From an uncultured Bacteroidota bacterium (GTDB taxonomy: Bacteria > Bacteroidota > Bacteroidia > Flavobacteriales > TMED113): DNA of 64,000 bases. Positions within the stretch are counted from its first letter, which is position 1; each line of letters begins with the position of its first letter. Below, piece after piece: positions 51,140-60,938 of the stretch. The notes below the pieces were generated by a model that ran no database searches, was not told the origin of the DNA, and was given only the letters and a program-made list of their open reading frames with translations. The stretch is from contig CACAKI010000002.1 of assembly GCA_902533035.1 (NCBI GenBank), positions 12,191-76,190 of the forward strand. Direction: 5' to 3'. A program made the translations under genes and the position numbers.

Positions 51140-51147
51140 CAAATCTA
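51140..51147 (-). promoter_or_regulatory. Bacteroidota-type -7 promoter box (TAGATTTG on the minus strand) upstream of the methyltransferase gene
   Basis: The plus strand reads CAAATCTA, 17 nt upstream of the ATG at 51123. Confidence 0.3.
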
Positions 51148-51169
51148 ATATTTTCACTAATTTTATCAA

Positions 51170-52057
51170 ATGAAAAACATACTATATATATTAATTTCTT
51201 TTTTTTTTATTTCTTGTACTAGTGAGGTAAGTATTTTTTCTGCTTGTGATTCTCCTCAGAGACTTCCTTGTTGTGATGGGGGAGAGTTTTCAGTTTTAAC
51301 ATTTAATAGGTTAGAAAGTACGTCTTTAAATAGTTCTTTAAGATTAATTCAAGATTTAAATCCTGATATAGTGGGTTTGCAAGAATCTTATGGGGTTGGT
51401 TTAGATATTGCTACTACTTTGGGCTATTGTTATTATGGAGATGAAGATTCTAGTGTCGCTTTTTTATCCAAGTATGAGATAGATTATGTCAACGAAAATC
51501 ATATTAGACTTCATCTTAGTGAAGATGAAGTAATAAACTTTTTTAATGTTCATTTTACAGCCTTTCCTTATCAACCATATCAAATTCGAGATGGGGAATT
51601 GACTACTGTTTGGCAGATAGAACATGAATCTGAAGAGACCAGAAGAGATGAATTTCAAGCTTTACTCACTGACTTACATTCTTTGATAAAAGATGAGGAA
51701 ATAATTTTAGTGGGAGATTTTAATGAGCCCTCACATTTAGATTGGACTCTAGATGCTGCAAATCAAGGTTTAAATTTTGGTTTTGAAGTTAATTGGCCCA
51801 TTTCAAGTAATTTGGAATTGATAGGAATGGCAGATGCTTATAGGGAAAAATATGCTAACCCCATTCAATATCCAGGTTTTACATGGACGCCTTTTCAATC
51901 TAATAATGAAGTACATGATAGGATAGACTTTATTTACTTCTCAGGTAAGATAGAGTTACAAGAAGTATTTTTGGTTGGACCTGATCATTTTTCTGATATT
52001 GTACTTGATTATTATCAATCAGACCATCGGGCAATTTTAGCTAGATTTAGATTTTAA
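51170..52057 (+). CDS. Endonuclease/exonuclease/phosphatase (EEP) family lipoprotein
   Basis: 295-aa ORF with lipobox FFISC and the EEP motifs IVGLQES, LVGDFNE, IDFIY and SDHRA. Confidence 0.7.
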   Translation: MKNILYILISFFFISCTSEVSIFSACDSPQRLPCCDGGEFSVLTFNRLESTSLNSSLRLIQDLNPDIVGLQESYGVGLDIATTLGYCYYGDEDSSVAFLSKYEIDYVNENHIRLHLSEDEVINFFNVHFTAFPYQPYQIRDGELTTVWQIEHESEETRRDEFQALLTDLHSLIKDEEIILVGDFNEPSHLDWTLDAANQGLNFGFEVNWPISSNLELIGMADAYREKYANPIQYPGFTWTPFQSNNEVHDRIDFIYFSGKIELQEVFLVGPDHFSDIVLDYYQSDHRAILARFRF

Positions 52058-52130
52058 TTTATTCTTATTAAATAAAAAGAGTTATTATTTAAAGAATTAA
52101 AAATGTTAAAAATAATACAAGGAATAATTT

Positions 52131-53507
52131 TTATTTTCCAATACAAAAATCTTTAAATATTGAGTCTAAAATATCTTCATTAGTAATTTCTCCAGTGATT
52201 TCCCCTAGACAGTTTAGAGCTTCTTTTATATCTATCGCTAACAATTCTCCAGATATATTAGATTGAATGCCATTCTTTACTGCATTAAGGCTTTTTAAGG
52301 TGTTTGTTAAAGCCTCAAAATGTCTTTGGTTAGTGATTACAAAATCTTGATTTGTTTTTTCCCATTTTTTCGCTTTTTGTAAAATACATGATAAAATATT
52401 TTCTATACCTTCATTATTCACAATGGCACTATATATTATTTTCTCATTAATTTCTTTAATATTTATTTCTTTCTTTTTTAAGTCTATTTTGTTTGCTATT
52501 AAAATTATTTCAATGTCTTTTTCTAAAAAAGAAAGAATATCGTTTTTTAATTGAACTTCACTAAAATCATTAATGTCAAAAACATAAATTATAACAGCCG
52601 CTGTTTTTATTTTTTCATATGTTTTTTGAATTCCAATTTTTTCTATCTTATCTTTTGTTTTTCTTAGCCCTGCTGTGTCAATAAATCGAAACTGAAATCC
52701 TTCTAAAGTAAAAATTTCTTCAATAACATCTCTAGTTGTTCCTTTAACATCAGAAACAATGGCTCTTTCTTCATTTAATATTTTGTTTAAAAGTGTAGAT
52801 TTTCCAGAATTTGGTGGACCTACAATAGTAATCGGTATTCCATGTTTTATTGCATTCCCATATTTAAATGATGCTATTAATGGAGTTATTTTTTCTTTCA
52901 TTAAAGAAAGTAATTCAAGTAATTCTTCTCTATTTGCAAACTCAACATCTTCAGTGCTGAAATCTAACTCTAGTTCAATAAGTGCACCAAATTTAATTAA
53001 TCGATTTCTTAATGATTTTATATTTTCAGAATAACCACCTCTCATTTGTTTCATTGCTAAATGATGGCTTTTTTCATTTTTAGAGCTAATTAAGTTGGCT
53101 ACTGATTCTGCTTGAGATAGGTCTAGTTTTCCATTTAAAAAGGCTCTTAAAGTAAATTCTCCTCTTTTTGCTAATGAACATCCATTATTAATTAATAATT
53201 GAATGATAGTGTTCTGTATGTATTCTGATCCATGACAAGATATTTCAATAACATCTTCTCCGGTGTATGATTTTGGGCTTTGGAAATAAGTGAGAATGAC
53301 TTCATCAAGTTCTTTTTTTTGAGTTACTATTTTTCCATAATAAGTGGAATTTGGTTTAAAATCACTTATTTTTTTAATTTTTTTAGAGGAAAATATTTTT
53401 TTACAAATGCTTTTTGTTTTTTTTCCCGAAATTCTAATTACTGCAATTGCTCCTTCACCTTTTTTAGTAGAGATTGAACATATAGTATTTTCTTTTATTT
53501 TTTTCAC
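52131..53507 (-). CDS. mnmE: tRNA uridine-5-carboxymethylaminomethyl modification GTPase
   Basis: 458-aa ORF with G-domain motifs GPPNSGKSTLLN, DTAG and NKID, and the C-terminal FCIGK. Confidence 0.95.
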   Translation of the reverse strand: MKKIKENTICSISTKKGEGAIAVIRISGKKTKSICKKIFSSKKIKKISDFKPNSTYYGKIVTQKKELDEVILTYFQSPKSYTGEDVIEISCHGSEYIQNTIIQLLINNGCSLAKRGEFTLRAFLNGKLDLSQAESVANLISSKNEKSHHLAMKQMRGGYSENIKSLRNRLIKFGALIELELDFSTEDVEFANREELLELLSLMKEKITPLIASFKYGNAIKHGIPITIVGPPNSGKSTLLNKILNEERAIVSDVKGTTRDVIEEIFTLEGFQFRFIDTAGLRKTKDKIEKIGIQKTYEKIKTAAVIIYVFDINDFSEVQLKNDILSFLEKDIEIILIANKIDLKKKEINIKEINEKIIYSAIVNNEGIENILSCILQKAKKWEKTNQDFVITNQRHFEALTNTLKSLNAVKNGIQSNISGELLAIDIKEALNCLGEITGEITNEDILDSIFKDFCIGK

Positions 53508-53525
53508 TTTATATAATAATCAGAA

Positions 53526-53533
53526 CAAAAGTA
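53526..53533 (-). promoter_or_regulatory. Bacteroidota-type -7 promoter box (TACTTTTG on the minus strand) upstream of mnmE
   Basis: The plus strand reads CAAAAGTA, 19 nt upstream of the mnmE ATG. It sits back-to-back with the sucD box at 53558..53565. Confidence 0.4.
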
Positions 53534-53557
53534 CTTATTTTAAGACAATATATTTTC

Positions 53558-53565
53558 TATGTTTG
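53558..53565 (+). promoter_or_regulatory. Bacteroidota-type -7 promoter box (TATGTTTG) upstream of sucD
   Basis: TAnnTTTG match 52 nt upstream of the ATG at 53618. Confidence 0.35.
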
Positions 53566-53617
53566 TCTTTGAATTAATAAAAATATAACTTTAAGGAGTT
53601 ATTAAATTAAATATCAT

Positions 53618-54496
53618 ATGAGTGTTCTTATTGGAAAAGAATCAAAAATTATAGTGCAAGGTATAACAGGAAAAGAAGGGTCATTTCATACTCAGAAAAT
53701 GATTGATTATGGCACTAATATAGTTGCGGGTGTTACTCCAGGAAAAGGAGGACGTAATCATTTAGGAAAGCCAGTTTTTAACTCTGTTTTTGAAGCAGTT
53801 AATGAATTAGAAGCGAATGTTTCTGTGATTTTTGTTCCTCCAAAATTTGCAGCTTCTGCTATTATTGAATCAATAGACGCAAAAATAAAAGTAATAGTTT
53901 GCATTACTGAGGGCATACCAGTAAGAGATATGATCATCGTAAAGAGTAAATTAAAAAGTAGTGAATCAATTTTAATAGGGCCAAATTGCCCTGGTGTGAT
54001 TTCTCCAGGTTTAGGAAAAGTTGGAATTATGCCAGGTTTTATTCATTCATCAGGTAATGTAGGTGTAATTTCCAGATCAGGAACACTAACATATGAAGCT
54101 GTTGATCAATTAACAAAAATTGGTTTAGGTCAATCTACTTGTATCGGTATAGGAGGTGATCCAATTATAGGAACTAGCATTTGTGATGCGGTAAAAATGT
54201 TTATGGAAGATGAAGGCACATTTGCTATCGTAATGATTGGTGAAATTGGAGGAGAAATGGAAGCAGAGGCTTCAAAATGGATTAAAGAGAATGGCACTAA
54301 GCCTGTAGTTGGTTTTATTGCTGGTAAAACAGCACCTGCAGGCAGAAAAATGGGCCATGCTGGGGCTATTATTGGTGGAAAAGAAGAAACAGCGAGTATA
54401 AAAATGCAGATTATGAAAGAATGTGGAATACATGTTGTTGAGTCTCCAGCTGATATAGGAAAGGTTACTTTTAATGTTTTAAATTCTGTGTCATGA
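53618..54496 (+). CDS. sucD: Succinate--CoA ligase subunit alpha
   Basis: 292-aa ORF with [20 protein letters not shown] and the phosphohistidine loop GHAGAI. No sucC is adjacent. Confidence 0.95.
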   Translation: MSVLIGKESKIIVQGITGKEGSFHTQKMIDYGTNIVAGVTPGKGGRNHLGKPVFNSVFEAVNELEANVSVIFVPPKFAASAIIESIDAKIKVIVCITEGIPVRDMIIVKSKLKSSESILIGPNCPGVISPGLGKVGIMPGFIHSSGNVGVISRSGTLTYEAVDQLTKIGLGQSTCIGIGGDPIIGTSICDAVKMFMEDEGTFAIVMIGEIGGEMEAEASKWIKENGTKPVVGFIAGKTAPAGRKMGHAGAIIGGKEETASIKMQIMKECGIHVVESPADIGKVTFNVLNSVS

Positions 54497-55239
54497 AATT
54501 ATTAAATGGAAAAGTTTCAATTGTTACAGGTGGCTCTAGAGGGATAGGTCGATCTATTTGTTTAAAGTTTGCCGAACAAGGTTCTGATGTTATATTTACT
54601 TATAAATCTTCTAAAGAAAAAGCAGAAAGTTTAAAAAATGAATTACAATCATTTGGTGTTAAATCAGAAGCTATTATGTCTGATGCTAGTGATTTTGAAT
54701 CTGCTCAAGACTTAATACAGAATATAGAAAGTAAATTTTCTAAAATTGATATTTTAATAAATAACGCAGGTATTACCAAAGATGGATTACTCATGAGAAT
54801 GAGAGAAGAAGATTTTGATGAAGTCATAGCAGTTAATATGAAATCTGTGTTTAATATGACAAAATGTGTTCAAAGAATAATGTTGAAACAGAGGTCCGGT
54901 TCTATAATTAATTTAAGTTCAATTGTTGGTGTTAGAGGTAATGCAGGGCAGTCAAATTATGCGGCTTCAAAAGCTGGTGTTATAGGTTTTACAAAATCAG
55001 TTGCTTTAGAGCTAGGTTCTAGAAATATTAGATGTAATGCAATTGCTCCAGGTTTTATTAAAACTGAAATGACAGATAGTTTAGATCAAAAAATAGTTGA
55101 AGCTTGGATGAATTCTGTGCCATTAAAAAAAGTTGGTAATGGTTCGGATGTTGCAAATTCTTGTTTGTTTTTAGCATCAGATTTGTCTTCGTATATTACT
55201 GGGCAAGTTTTAAATGTTTGTGGAGGGTTATTGACATAA
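54493..55239 (+). CDS. fabG: 3-oxoacyl-[acyl-carrier-protein] reductase
   Basis: 248-aa ORF with SDR motifs [13 protein letters not shown] and YAASKAG. It overlaps sucD by 4 nt. Confidence 0.9.
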   Translation: MKLLNGKVSIVTGGSRGIGRSICLKFAEQGSDVIFTYKSSKEKAESLKNELQSFGVKSEAIMSDASDFESAQDLIQNIESKFSKIDILINNAGITKDGLLMRMREEDFDEVIAVNMKSVFNMTKCVQRIMLKQRSGSIINLSSIVGVRGNAGQSNYAASKAGVIGFTKSVALELGSRNIRCNAIAPGFIKTEMTDSLDQKIVEAWMNSVPLKKVGNGSDVANSCLFLASDLSSYITGQVLNVCGGLLT

Positions 55240-55243
55240 TTAT

Positions 55244-57310
55244 ATGATATTTGCTTCCATTTCTTTTTTTCACTTTTTTTTAATTCTTTTTCTCTCTTTT
55301 ATTATAAGTTTTTTTCTTTATTTTTTTAGAGAAAAACGACTTAAGGATTTATCAATATTTATTAAGTTTTTTTTGTTTGTACTACGGTTTGGTACTTGTT
55401 TTTTGATTTTAATACTATTACTCAATCCATACATAGAAAATAAAAAAGAAATTATTGAAAAACCAATTTTTGTAATTTTTCAAGATAATAGTTTTTCAAT
55501 TATTAGTAATAAGGATTCTTCATTTTATAAATCGGATTATAAAGATTCGTTAAATGAGTTTTTAATTTCTCTAAAAAATAATTTAAATGTTGAGTTTTTT
55601 TTATTTGGCAATCATGTTAGAAATGATTCAATTTCATTTGATGATAAGTTCTCTGATATTAGTTCAATTTTTAATTATTCTGAGGATATTTTTTCACATT
55701 CAAATGTAGGAGGTTATTTATTATTATCAGATGGAATATTTAATAAAGGAAAAAACCCACTATATATACAAAAAAAATTAAATGCTCCTTTATATTGCTT
55801 AGCTCTTGGTGATACTAATAAATTAAGAGATCTTTCTATTCATTCTATAGATTATAATAAAATAGGTTTCCCTGGAAATGAATTGCCAGTTGAGCTTACT
55901 TTTAGAGCAAATAATTTAAAAGGTGAAAAAATTAAATTAATAGTTAAATCAAAGAAAAATAAAATATACGAGAGTGTAATTGATATTGAAACAATGGATT
56001 ATTTTAAAACTATTTCATTTTACGTTAGATCAAAAAAAGCAGGTTTAAATAAATTTGATGTTTCAATTTCTCTTATTTCTTCTGAGAAAGAACATAATAT
56101 TAATAATAATTTTTCTTCTTTTTATATAGATATTGTAAATAAAGAGAAAGATATATTGATGTTATATGAATTTCCACATCCGGATGTAGTTGCCATTAAA
56201 TCTGCAATTCAATTAGATCAACAGTATCAAATAGATGTCGTAAGGGCTTCGGATTTTAAAAAAGATATCACAAAGTATGATTTAGTTATTCTTTATCAAT
56301 GTGATTCTTTGGATGATGAAATACAACAAATCAAGAAAAATAATATTCCTATATGGTATATTATAGGTCAACAATCCAATTTTTCAAAAATTAATAAGAT
56401 TCAGAATACTATCTATTTTAATGAATATGCTAGTTTTTTTTATGAGGTTTTTGTTTCTTCTAATCAATTTTTTGAAAAATTTAATTTAGGGGAAGATGTT
56501 TTGCAAATGATCAGTAATTCTCCTCCATTAATAAATACAAAAGGTTTTTCTTTAAATGGGGATGTTAAAGTTCTTTTTAATGAGAAAAGTATGGTTTCTT
56601 CAGAAGAAAACCCTATTTGTTTTTTTGCTAAAAATAATCAAGAATGTTTTTTAATTTCTGAGGGTATTTGGCGTTGGCGTTTAAATAATTTTTTACAAAA
56701 ATCTAATCACAATAGTTTTAATACATTAATTATTCAAATTGTAAAAAACTTGTTGATAAAAAATAATAAAGATAGATTCAGATTAAATTATAGATCTGTT
56801 TCTGATTTTGGAGAGTCATTAATTTTTGATGCAGAATTATATGATGAAAATCTAGAGAAGATACCTAATAAAGATATTAATTTGAGTTTAAAGAATTCAG
56901 AAAATGTTTTATTTGAGTATTCTTTTATTTCTATTGGAGATGAATATGTGTTAAATATAGGGCAATTGAATCCTGGTGATTATCAATTTGTTGCAAAAAC
57001 AAATCATGATGGAAAAACATTTTCTAAAAAAGGTTCTTTTTTAGTTAAAAATTCATTATTAGAAAAAAAGAATACGGTAGCTAACCATAACTTGTTATAT
57101 AATTTATCAAAACAACACGATGGATATTTTTTTCATTTAAGTGATATGAATATTATGCAAAATAAAATTTTAAATTCTGATAATTATGAGTCGTTAATTC
57201 ATTATGAAAGTGAAAAAACTTCATTATATAATTCAATTGTTCCATTAATTTTGATTTTGTTTTTTTTGATTTTAGAATGGTTTTGTAGAAAAAAGTTTAT
57301 TGGATACTAA
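55244..57310 (+). CDS. Large membrane protein anchored at both ends, function unknown
   Basis: 688-aa ORF with two N-terminal TM helices (ISFFHFFLILFLSFIISFFLYF and FLFVLRFGTCFLILILLL) and one C-terminal TM helix (LYNSIVPLILILFFLILEWF). The ~580-aa middle region has no motif I can name. Confidence 0.5.
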   Translation: MIFASISFFHFFLILFLSFIISFFLYFFREKRLKDLSIFIKFFLFVLRFGTCFLILILLLNPYIENKKEIIEKPIFVIFQDNSFSIISNKDSSFYKSDYKDSLNEFLISLKNNLNVEFFLFGNHVRNDSISFDDKFSDISSIFNYSEDIFSHSNVGGYLLLSDGIFNKGKNPLYIQKKLNAPLYCLALGDTNKLRDLSIHSIDYNKIGFPGNELPVELTFRANNLKGEKIKLIVKSKKNKIYESVIDIETMDYFKTISFYVRSKKAGLNKFDVSISLISSEKEHNINNNFSSFYIDIVNKEKDILMLYEFPHPDVVAIKSAIQLDQQYQIDVVRASDFKKDITKYDLVILYQCDSLDDEIQQIKKNNIPIWYIIGQQSNFSKINKIQNTIYFNEYASFFYEVFVSSNQFFEKFNLGEDVLQMISNSPPLINTKGFSLNGDVKVLFNEKSMVSSEENPICFFAKNNQECFLISEGIWRWRLNNFLQKSNHNSFNTLIIQIVKNLLIKNNKDRFRLNYRSVSDFGESLIFDAELYDENLEKIPNKDINLSLKNSENVLFEYSFISIGDEYVLNIGQLNPGDYQFVAKTNHDGKTFSKKGSFLVKNSLLEKKNTVANHNLLYNLSKQHDGYFFHLSDMNIMQNKILNSDNYESLIHYESEKTSLYNSIVPLILILFFLILEWFCRKKFIGY

Positions 57311-57327
57311 TTTTTTCTATGATTTAT

Positions 57328-57335
57328 TATATTTG
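57328..57335 (+). promoter_or_regulatory. Bacteroidota-type -7 promoter box (TATATTTG) upstream of the SPFH gene
   Basis: TAnnTTTG match 33 nt upstream of the ATG at 57369. Confidence 0.35.
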
Positions 57336-57368
57336 AGCAATAATAATTAAATAATAAAATTTATCATC

Positions 57369-58205
57369 ATGAAAACAGGTCAGCCAGAAATAAATACAAA
57401 AAGAGCAACTTTTCTTTTAACACTTGGTTTTATAGTAATATTAACAGTCCTGTTTTCGAGTAGGCTTTTTTACACCATTCCACAAGGATTTGAAGGTTAT
57501 ATATTTTATACTTTTGGTAATGGACTTGATAAAGACAATGTTAAAGGTCAAGGTTTTCATTTAAAATTTCCATGGGATAATTTGATAAAATATGATATTA
57601 GAATTCAAGAAAACATGAGTCAAATGGAAGTTTTAGCTGAAAATGGATTAACAATTAAAATGGAATTATCTTATAGATATCATCCTATGCCGGGAAAAGC
57701 TGGTTTTATAGAGGAAAATATAGGTTCTGATTATCATGAAAAAATAATAATTCCAGAAATACGATCTGTTTCGAGAGAAGTAATAGGTGAATATTTGCCA
57801 GAAGAATTATATTCTACAAAAAGAGAAACAATCGAAGATGAAATTTTTGAAAAAACTCAAATAGCTTTGACAAAAAAATTTATAAACCTCGATGCTATAT
57901 TAATTAGAGATGTTACACTACCTCAAACACTTCAAGATGCGATTGAAAAGAAATTAAAGCAAGAGCAAGAAGCATTGGAATATGACTTTAAAATAGAAAA
58001 AGCGCAAAAAGAAGCCCAAAGATTAGAGATTGAAGCTCAAGGAAAAGCCAAGGCTAATGAGATTTTAGATGCTAGTTTGACAGAAAATATTTTGAGAGAA
58101 AAAGGAATTGAAGCAACTCTTAAGTTGTCTGAATCAACTAATTCTAAAGTAGTAGTGGTTGGCTCTGGAAAAGATGGATTGCCATTGATATTAGGAAATA
58201 ATTAA
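57369..58205 (+). CDS. SPFH/band 7 (prohibitin-like) membrane protein
   Basis: 278-aa ORF with an N-terminal TM helix, an SPFH domain and a coiled-coil segment EQEALEYDFKIEKAQKEAQRLEIEAQGKAKANE. Confidence 0.85.
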   Translation: MKTGQPEINTKRATFLLTLGFIVILTVLFSSRLFYTIPQGFEGYIFYTFGNGLDKDNVKGQGFHLKFPWDNLIKYDIRIQENMSQMEVLAENGLTIKMELSYRYHPMPGKAGFIEENIGSDYHEKIIIPEIRSVSREVIGEYLPEELYSTKRETIEDEIFEKTQIALTKKFINLDAILIRDVTLPQTLQDAIEKKLKQEQEALEYDFKIEKAQKEAQRLEIEAQGKAKANEILDASLTENILREKGIEATLKLSESTNSKVVVVGSGKDGLPLILGNN

Positions 58206-60187
58206 TATTTATTTTTTGTTAATAATATATTTTTGAGTTCTTTTTGATTGTCTCTATATATTGAGGCTTCAATAAAATTCAGCGATTTAGCTGCTTGTTC
58301 CATTAATTTTTTATTTTCCTTTATCATTTTTTGTATTTCTTTTTCAGATTTGGTTTTCAAATCTTTTTTTAAAATTCTTTTTGGGTTTAATATTTCCTTT
58401 TCTTTTTTTATTTGAAATTCATACTTGATGTTACTTTTTAAATTTTTTGGAGTTATTTTATTTTCTATGTTATATTTTGTTTGCACTTCTCTTTTTCGAT
58501 TTGTTTCAAAGATGGTTTCTTTTATAGACTCAGTTATAGTATCAGCATATAAAATAGCTTTTCCATTAACGTTTCTGGCTGCTCTTCCTATAATTTGAGT
58601 CAATGATTTTTTAGACCTTAAAAATCCTTCTTTATCAGCATCTAAAATAGCAACTAATGAAACTTCTGGAAAATCTAATCCTTCTCTTAACAAATTAACT
58701 CCAACTAAAACATCAAAAGTTCCAGCACGAAGATTTTCCATAATTTCTATTCTTGAAATAGTATCTACTTCTGAATGAATGTATGCACACTTTATTCCAG
58801 ATTCTATTAAATACTCGCTTAGTTTTTCTGCCATTTTTTTAGTTAGTGTAGTGACTAATATTCGTTCATTTTTTTTTATTTTCTCATGAATTTCATTTAA
58901 TAGATCATCTACTTGATTTTTAGAGTTTTTTATTTCGATTTCTGGTTCTAAAATTCCATTTGGTCTAATTAATTGCTCAACTACAACTCCTCCACATTTT
59001 TGCATTTCATATTCTGATGGGGTGGCGCTTAGATATATTGTTTGCGGGGTTAAAGCTTCAAATTCTTTAAAACTCAAAGGTCTATTATCTAATGCAGATG
59101 GTAATCGGAAACCATAATCTACTAAATTGTTTTTTCGTGCTTGATCTCCTCCGTACATACCTTTTACTTGAGGAATTGTCACGTGACTTTCATCTATAAC
59201 AAATAAAAAATCTTTTGGAAAATAATCAAATAAACAAAATGGTCTTTCACCCTTTAATCTTTTATCAAAGTATCTTGAGTAGTTTTCGATACCAGGGCAA
59301 TAACCTAATTCTCTTATCATTTCAATATCTAATTCAGTCCTTTTTTCTAATCTGTCCGCTTCTTCTTTTTGATTATTTTTGATGAAGTAATTTTTTTGAG
59401 TATTTAAATCTCTTAAAATATTTTCTATAATTTCACTATTTGTATTTGACAAAAACATACTATTAGGATAAATTGTTAAATTATTTTTTTCTTTTATACT
59501 ATTGTTTTTCAAATCGATTTCTGTTATTTTTTCTATTTCATCTCCCCAAAATTCTATTTTATATTTTTTTTCTATGTAAGTAGGTAATAATTCAATTGAA
59601 TCTCCAATAATTTTAAATGTTCCAGGGTCTAAATCATGTTTTACTCTATTATACATTGCGGAAACTAATAAGCTTAGTAATTTTTTTCTTCTAATATTTT
59701 GATTTACTTCAATATTTAGAGTGCTTTCTTTGAATGATTTGGGGTTTCCTAATCCGTAAATGCATGATACCGAAGAAACTACTATTATATCTTTTTTCCC
59801 AGAAAGTAGAGATGATGTGGTGCTTAATCTCATTTTTTCTATTTCTTTATTTATCGATAAATCTTTTTCTATATACTTTCCAGTAACCGGAAGATATGCT
59901 TCGGGTTGATAATAATCATAATATGAAACAAAATATTCTACTGAGTTATTTGGAAAAAACTCTTTAAATTCTGAAAATAATTGTGCTGCTAATGTTTTGT
60001 TATGACATAAAATTAATGTTGGCTTTTTTATTTTATTAATTACATTGGCAATAGTAAATGTTTTTCCTGAGCCTGTTACTCCCAGTAAACACTGATTTTT
60101 TTCTCCTTGATTTAATCCATTAGTAAGTTTTTGTATTGCTTCTGGTTGATCTCCAGTTGGCTTGAAAGGAGCTTGTAGTTTAAACAT
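58202..60187 (-). CDS. uvrB: Excinuclease ABC subunit B
   Basis: The ORF track gives 58202..60223. I prefer the internal Met at 60187 (MFKLQAPFKPTGDQPEAI...), which matches the usual UvrB N-terminus. Motifs seen are GVTGSGKTF, IDESHVT and a C-terminal UVR-like helix. Confidence 0.93.
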   Translation of the reverse strand: MFKLQAPFKPTGDQPEAIQKLTNGLNQGEKNQCLLGVTGSGKTFTIANVINKIKKPTLILCHNKTLAAQLFSEFKEFFPNNSVEYFVSYYDYYQPEAYLPVTGKYIEKDLSINKEIEKMRLSTTSSLLSGKKDIIVVSSVSCIYGLGNPKSFKESTLNIEVNQNIRRKKLLSLLVSAMYNRVKHDLDPGTFKIIGDSIELLPTYIEKKYKIEFWGDEIEKITEIDLKNNSIKEKNNLTIYPNSMFLSNTNSEIIENILRDLNTQKNYFIKNNQKEEADRLEKRTELDIEMIRELGYCPGIENYSRYFDKRLKGERPFCLFDYFPKDFLFVIDESHVTIPQVKGMYGGDQARKNNLVDYGFRLPSALDNRPLSFKEFEALTPQTIYLSATPSEYEMQKCGGVVVEQLIRPNGILEPEIEIKNSKNQVDDLLNEIHEKIKKNERILVTTLTKKMAEKLSEYLIESGIKCAYIHSEVDTISRIEIMENLRAGTFDVLVGVNLLREGLDFPEVSLVAILDADKEGFLRSKKSLTQIIGRAARNVNGKAILYADTITESIKETIFETNRKREVQTKYNIENKITPKNLKSNIKYEFQIKKEKEILNPKRILKKDLKTKSEKEIQKMIKENKKLMEQAAKSLNFIEASIYRDNQKELKNILLTKNKY

Positions 60188-60938
60188 TTTTGATAGATTG
60201 AATTTCTTTTTTCCATATTGCAAATGAGAATTCCGCCTGTATTTTCAACATTTTTTCTCCATTTATTGCTTTGGCTCCATTTTCTTGTCCTTTTTTTAAA
60301 AATAATGTTTCTTCAGGGTTATAAATTAAATCATACATATAGTGTTTTTTTGAAAGCATATTGTAATTTATTTTAGGTGCACTGTTTATAAATTGTTTAC
60401 CACCTAATATAGTTGTATTAATAATTAATTTATGAGTATTTAAATACTTTTCAGAACATTTATATGAAATGATGTTATTTTTTGTTTTTTCTCGAGAAAC
60501 AATTAAATATTCAATGTTTTTTTTTTGTAAAACATAACATACTGATTTAGAGGCGCCTCCATTACCTAACACAAGAGCTTTTATTTTTTGTTTTGGTAAA
60601 AATGATTCTAGTGATTTTTCAAATCCAATAACATCAGTATTATAACCTTTTATTTTTCGGGTCTTTTTGTTAATAAAAATAGTGTTTACCGATTTAATTT
60701 TTTTTGAAATTTCATCTAATTGGTCAATGTACTTTATAATAGATTCTTTATATGGGGAAGTGATATTTAAACCAATTAAATGTTTTTTTCTGAGTAAATT
60801 ATGAAGTTCTCTAATATGATTTAATTCATATAAATTATATGAAAAATTTTTCAATCCTTCTCTTTGAAATTTATTTTCAAAATAATTTTTAGAAAAAGAA
60901 TATTTTAAGTTTTTCCCAATTAAACCAGTATTATACAT
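60180..60938 (-). CDS. aroE: Shikimate dehydrogenase
   Basis: 252-aa ORF with GLIGKNLKYSFSKNYF, LNITSPYKESI, VNTI, GYNTDVIGF and LGNGGASKSV. Confidence 0.85.
   Translation of the reverse strand: MYNTGLIGKNLKYSFSKNYFENKFQREGLKNFSYNLYELNHIRELHNLLRKKHLIGLNITSPYKESIIKYIDQLDEISKKIKSVNTIFINKKTRKIKGYNTDVIGFEKSLESFLPKQKIKALVLGNGGASKSVCYVLQKKNIEYLIVSREKTKNNIISYKCSEKYLNTHKLIINTTILGGKQFINSAPKINYNMLSKKHYMYDLIYNPEETLFLKKGQENGAKAINGEKMLKIQAEFSFAIWKKEIQSIKNV

Noticed and set aside
53593-53598. AAGGAG upstream of sucD, which looks like a Shine-Dalgarno sequence
   Set aside because: It lies 19 nt from the ATG, too far for SD function. No other gene in the window has a similar element, and the 16S ASD here is itself non-canonical.
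58202-60223. Longer uvrB start at 60223 (MQYGKKKFNLSK...), overlapping aroE by 44 nt
   Set aside because: The internal Met at 60187 gives the canonical UvrB N-terminus (MFKLQAPFKPTGDQP) and reduces the overlap to 8 nt.
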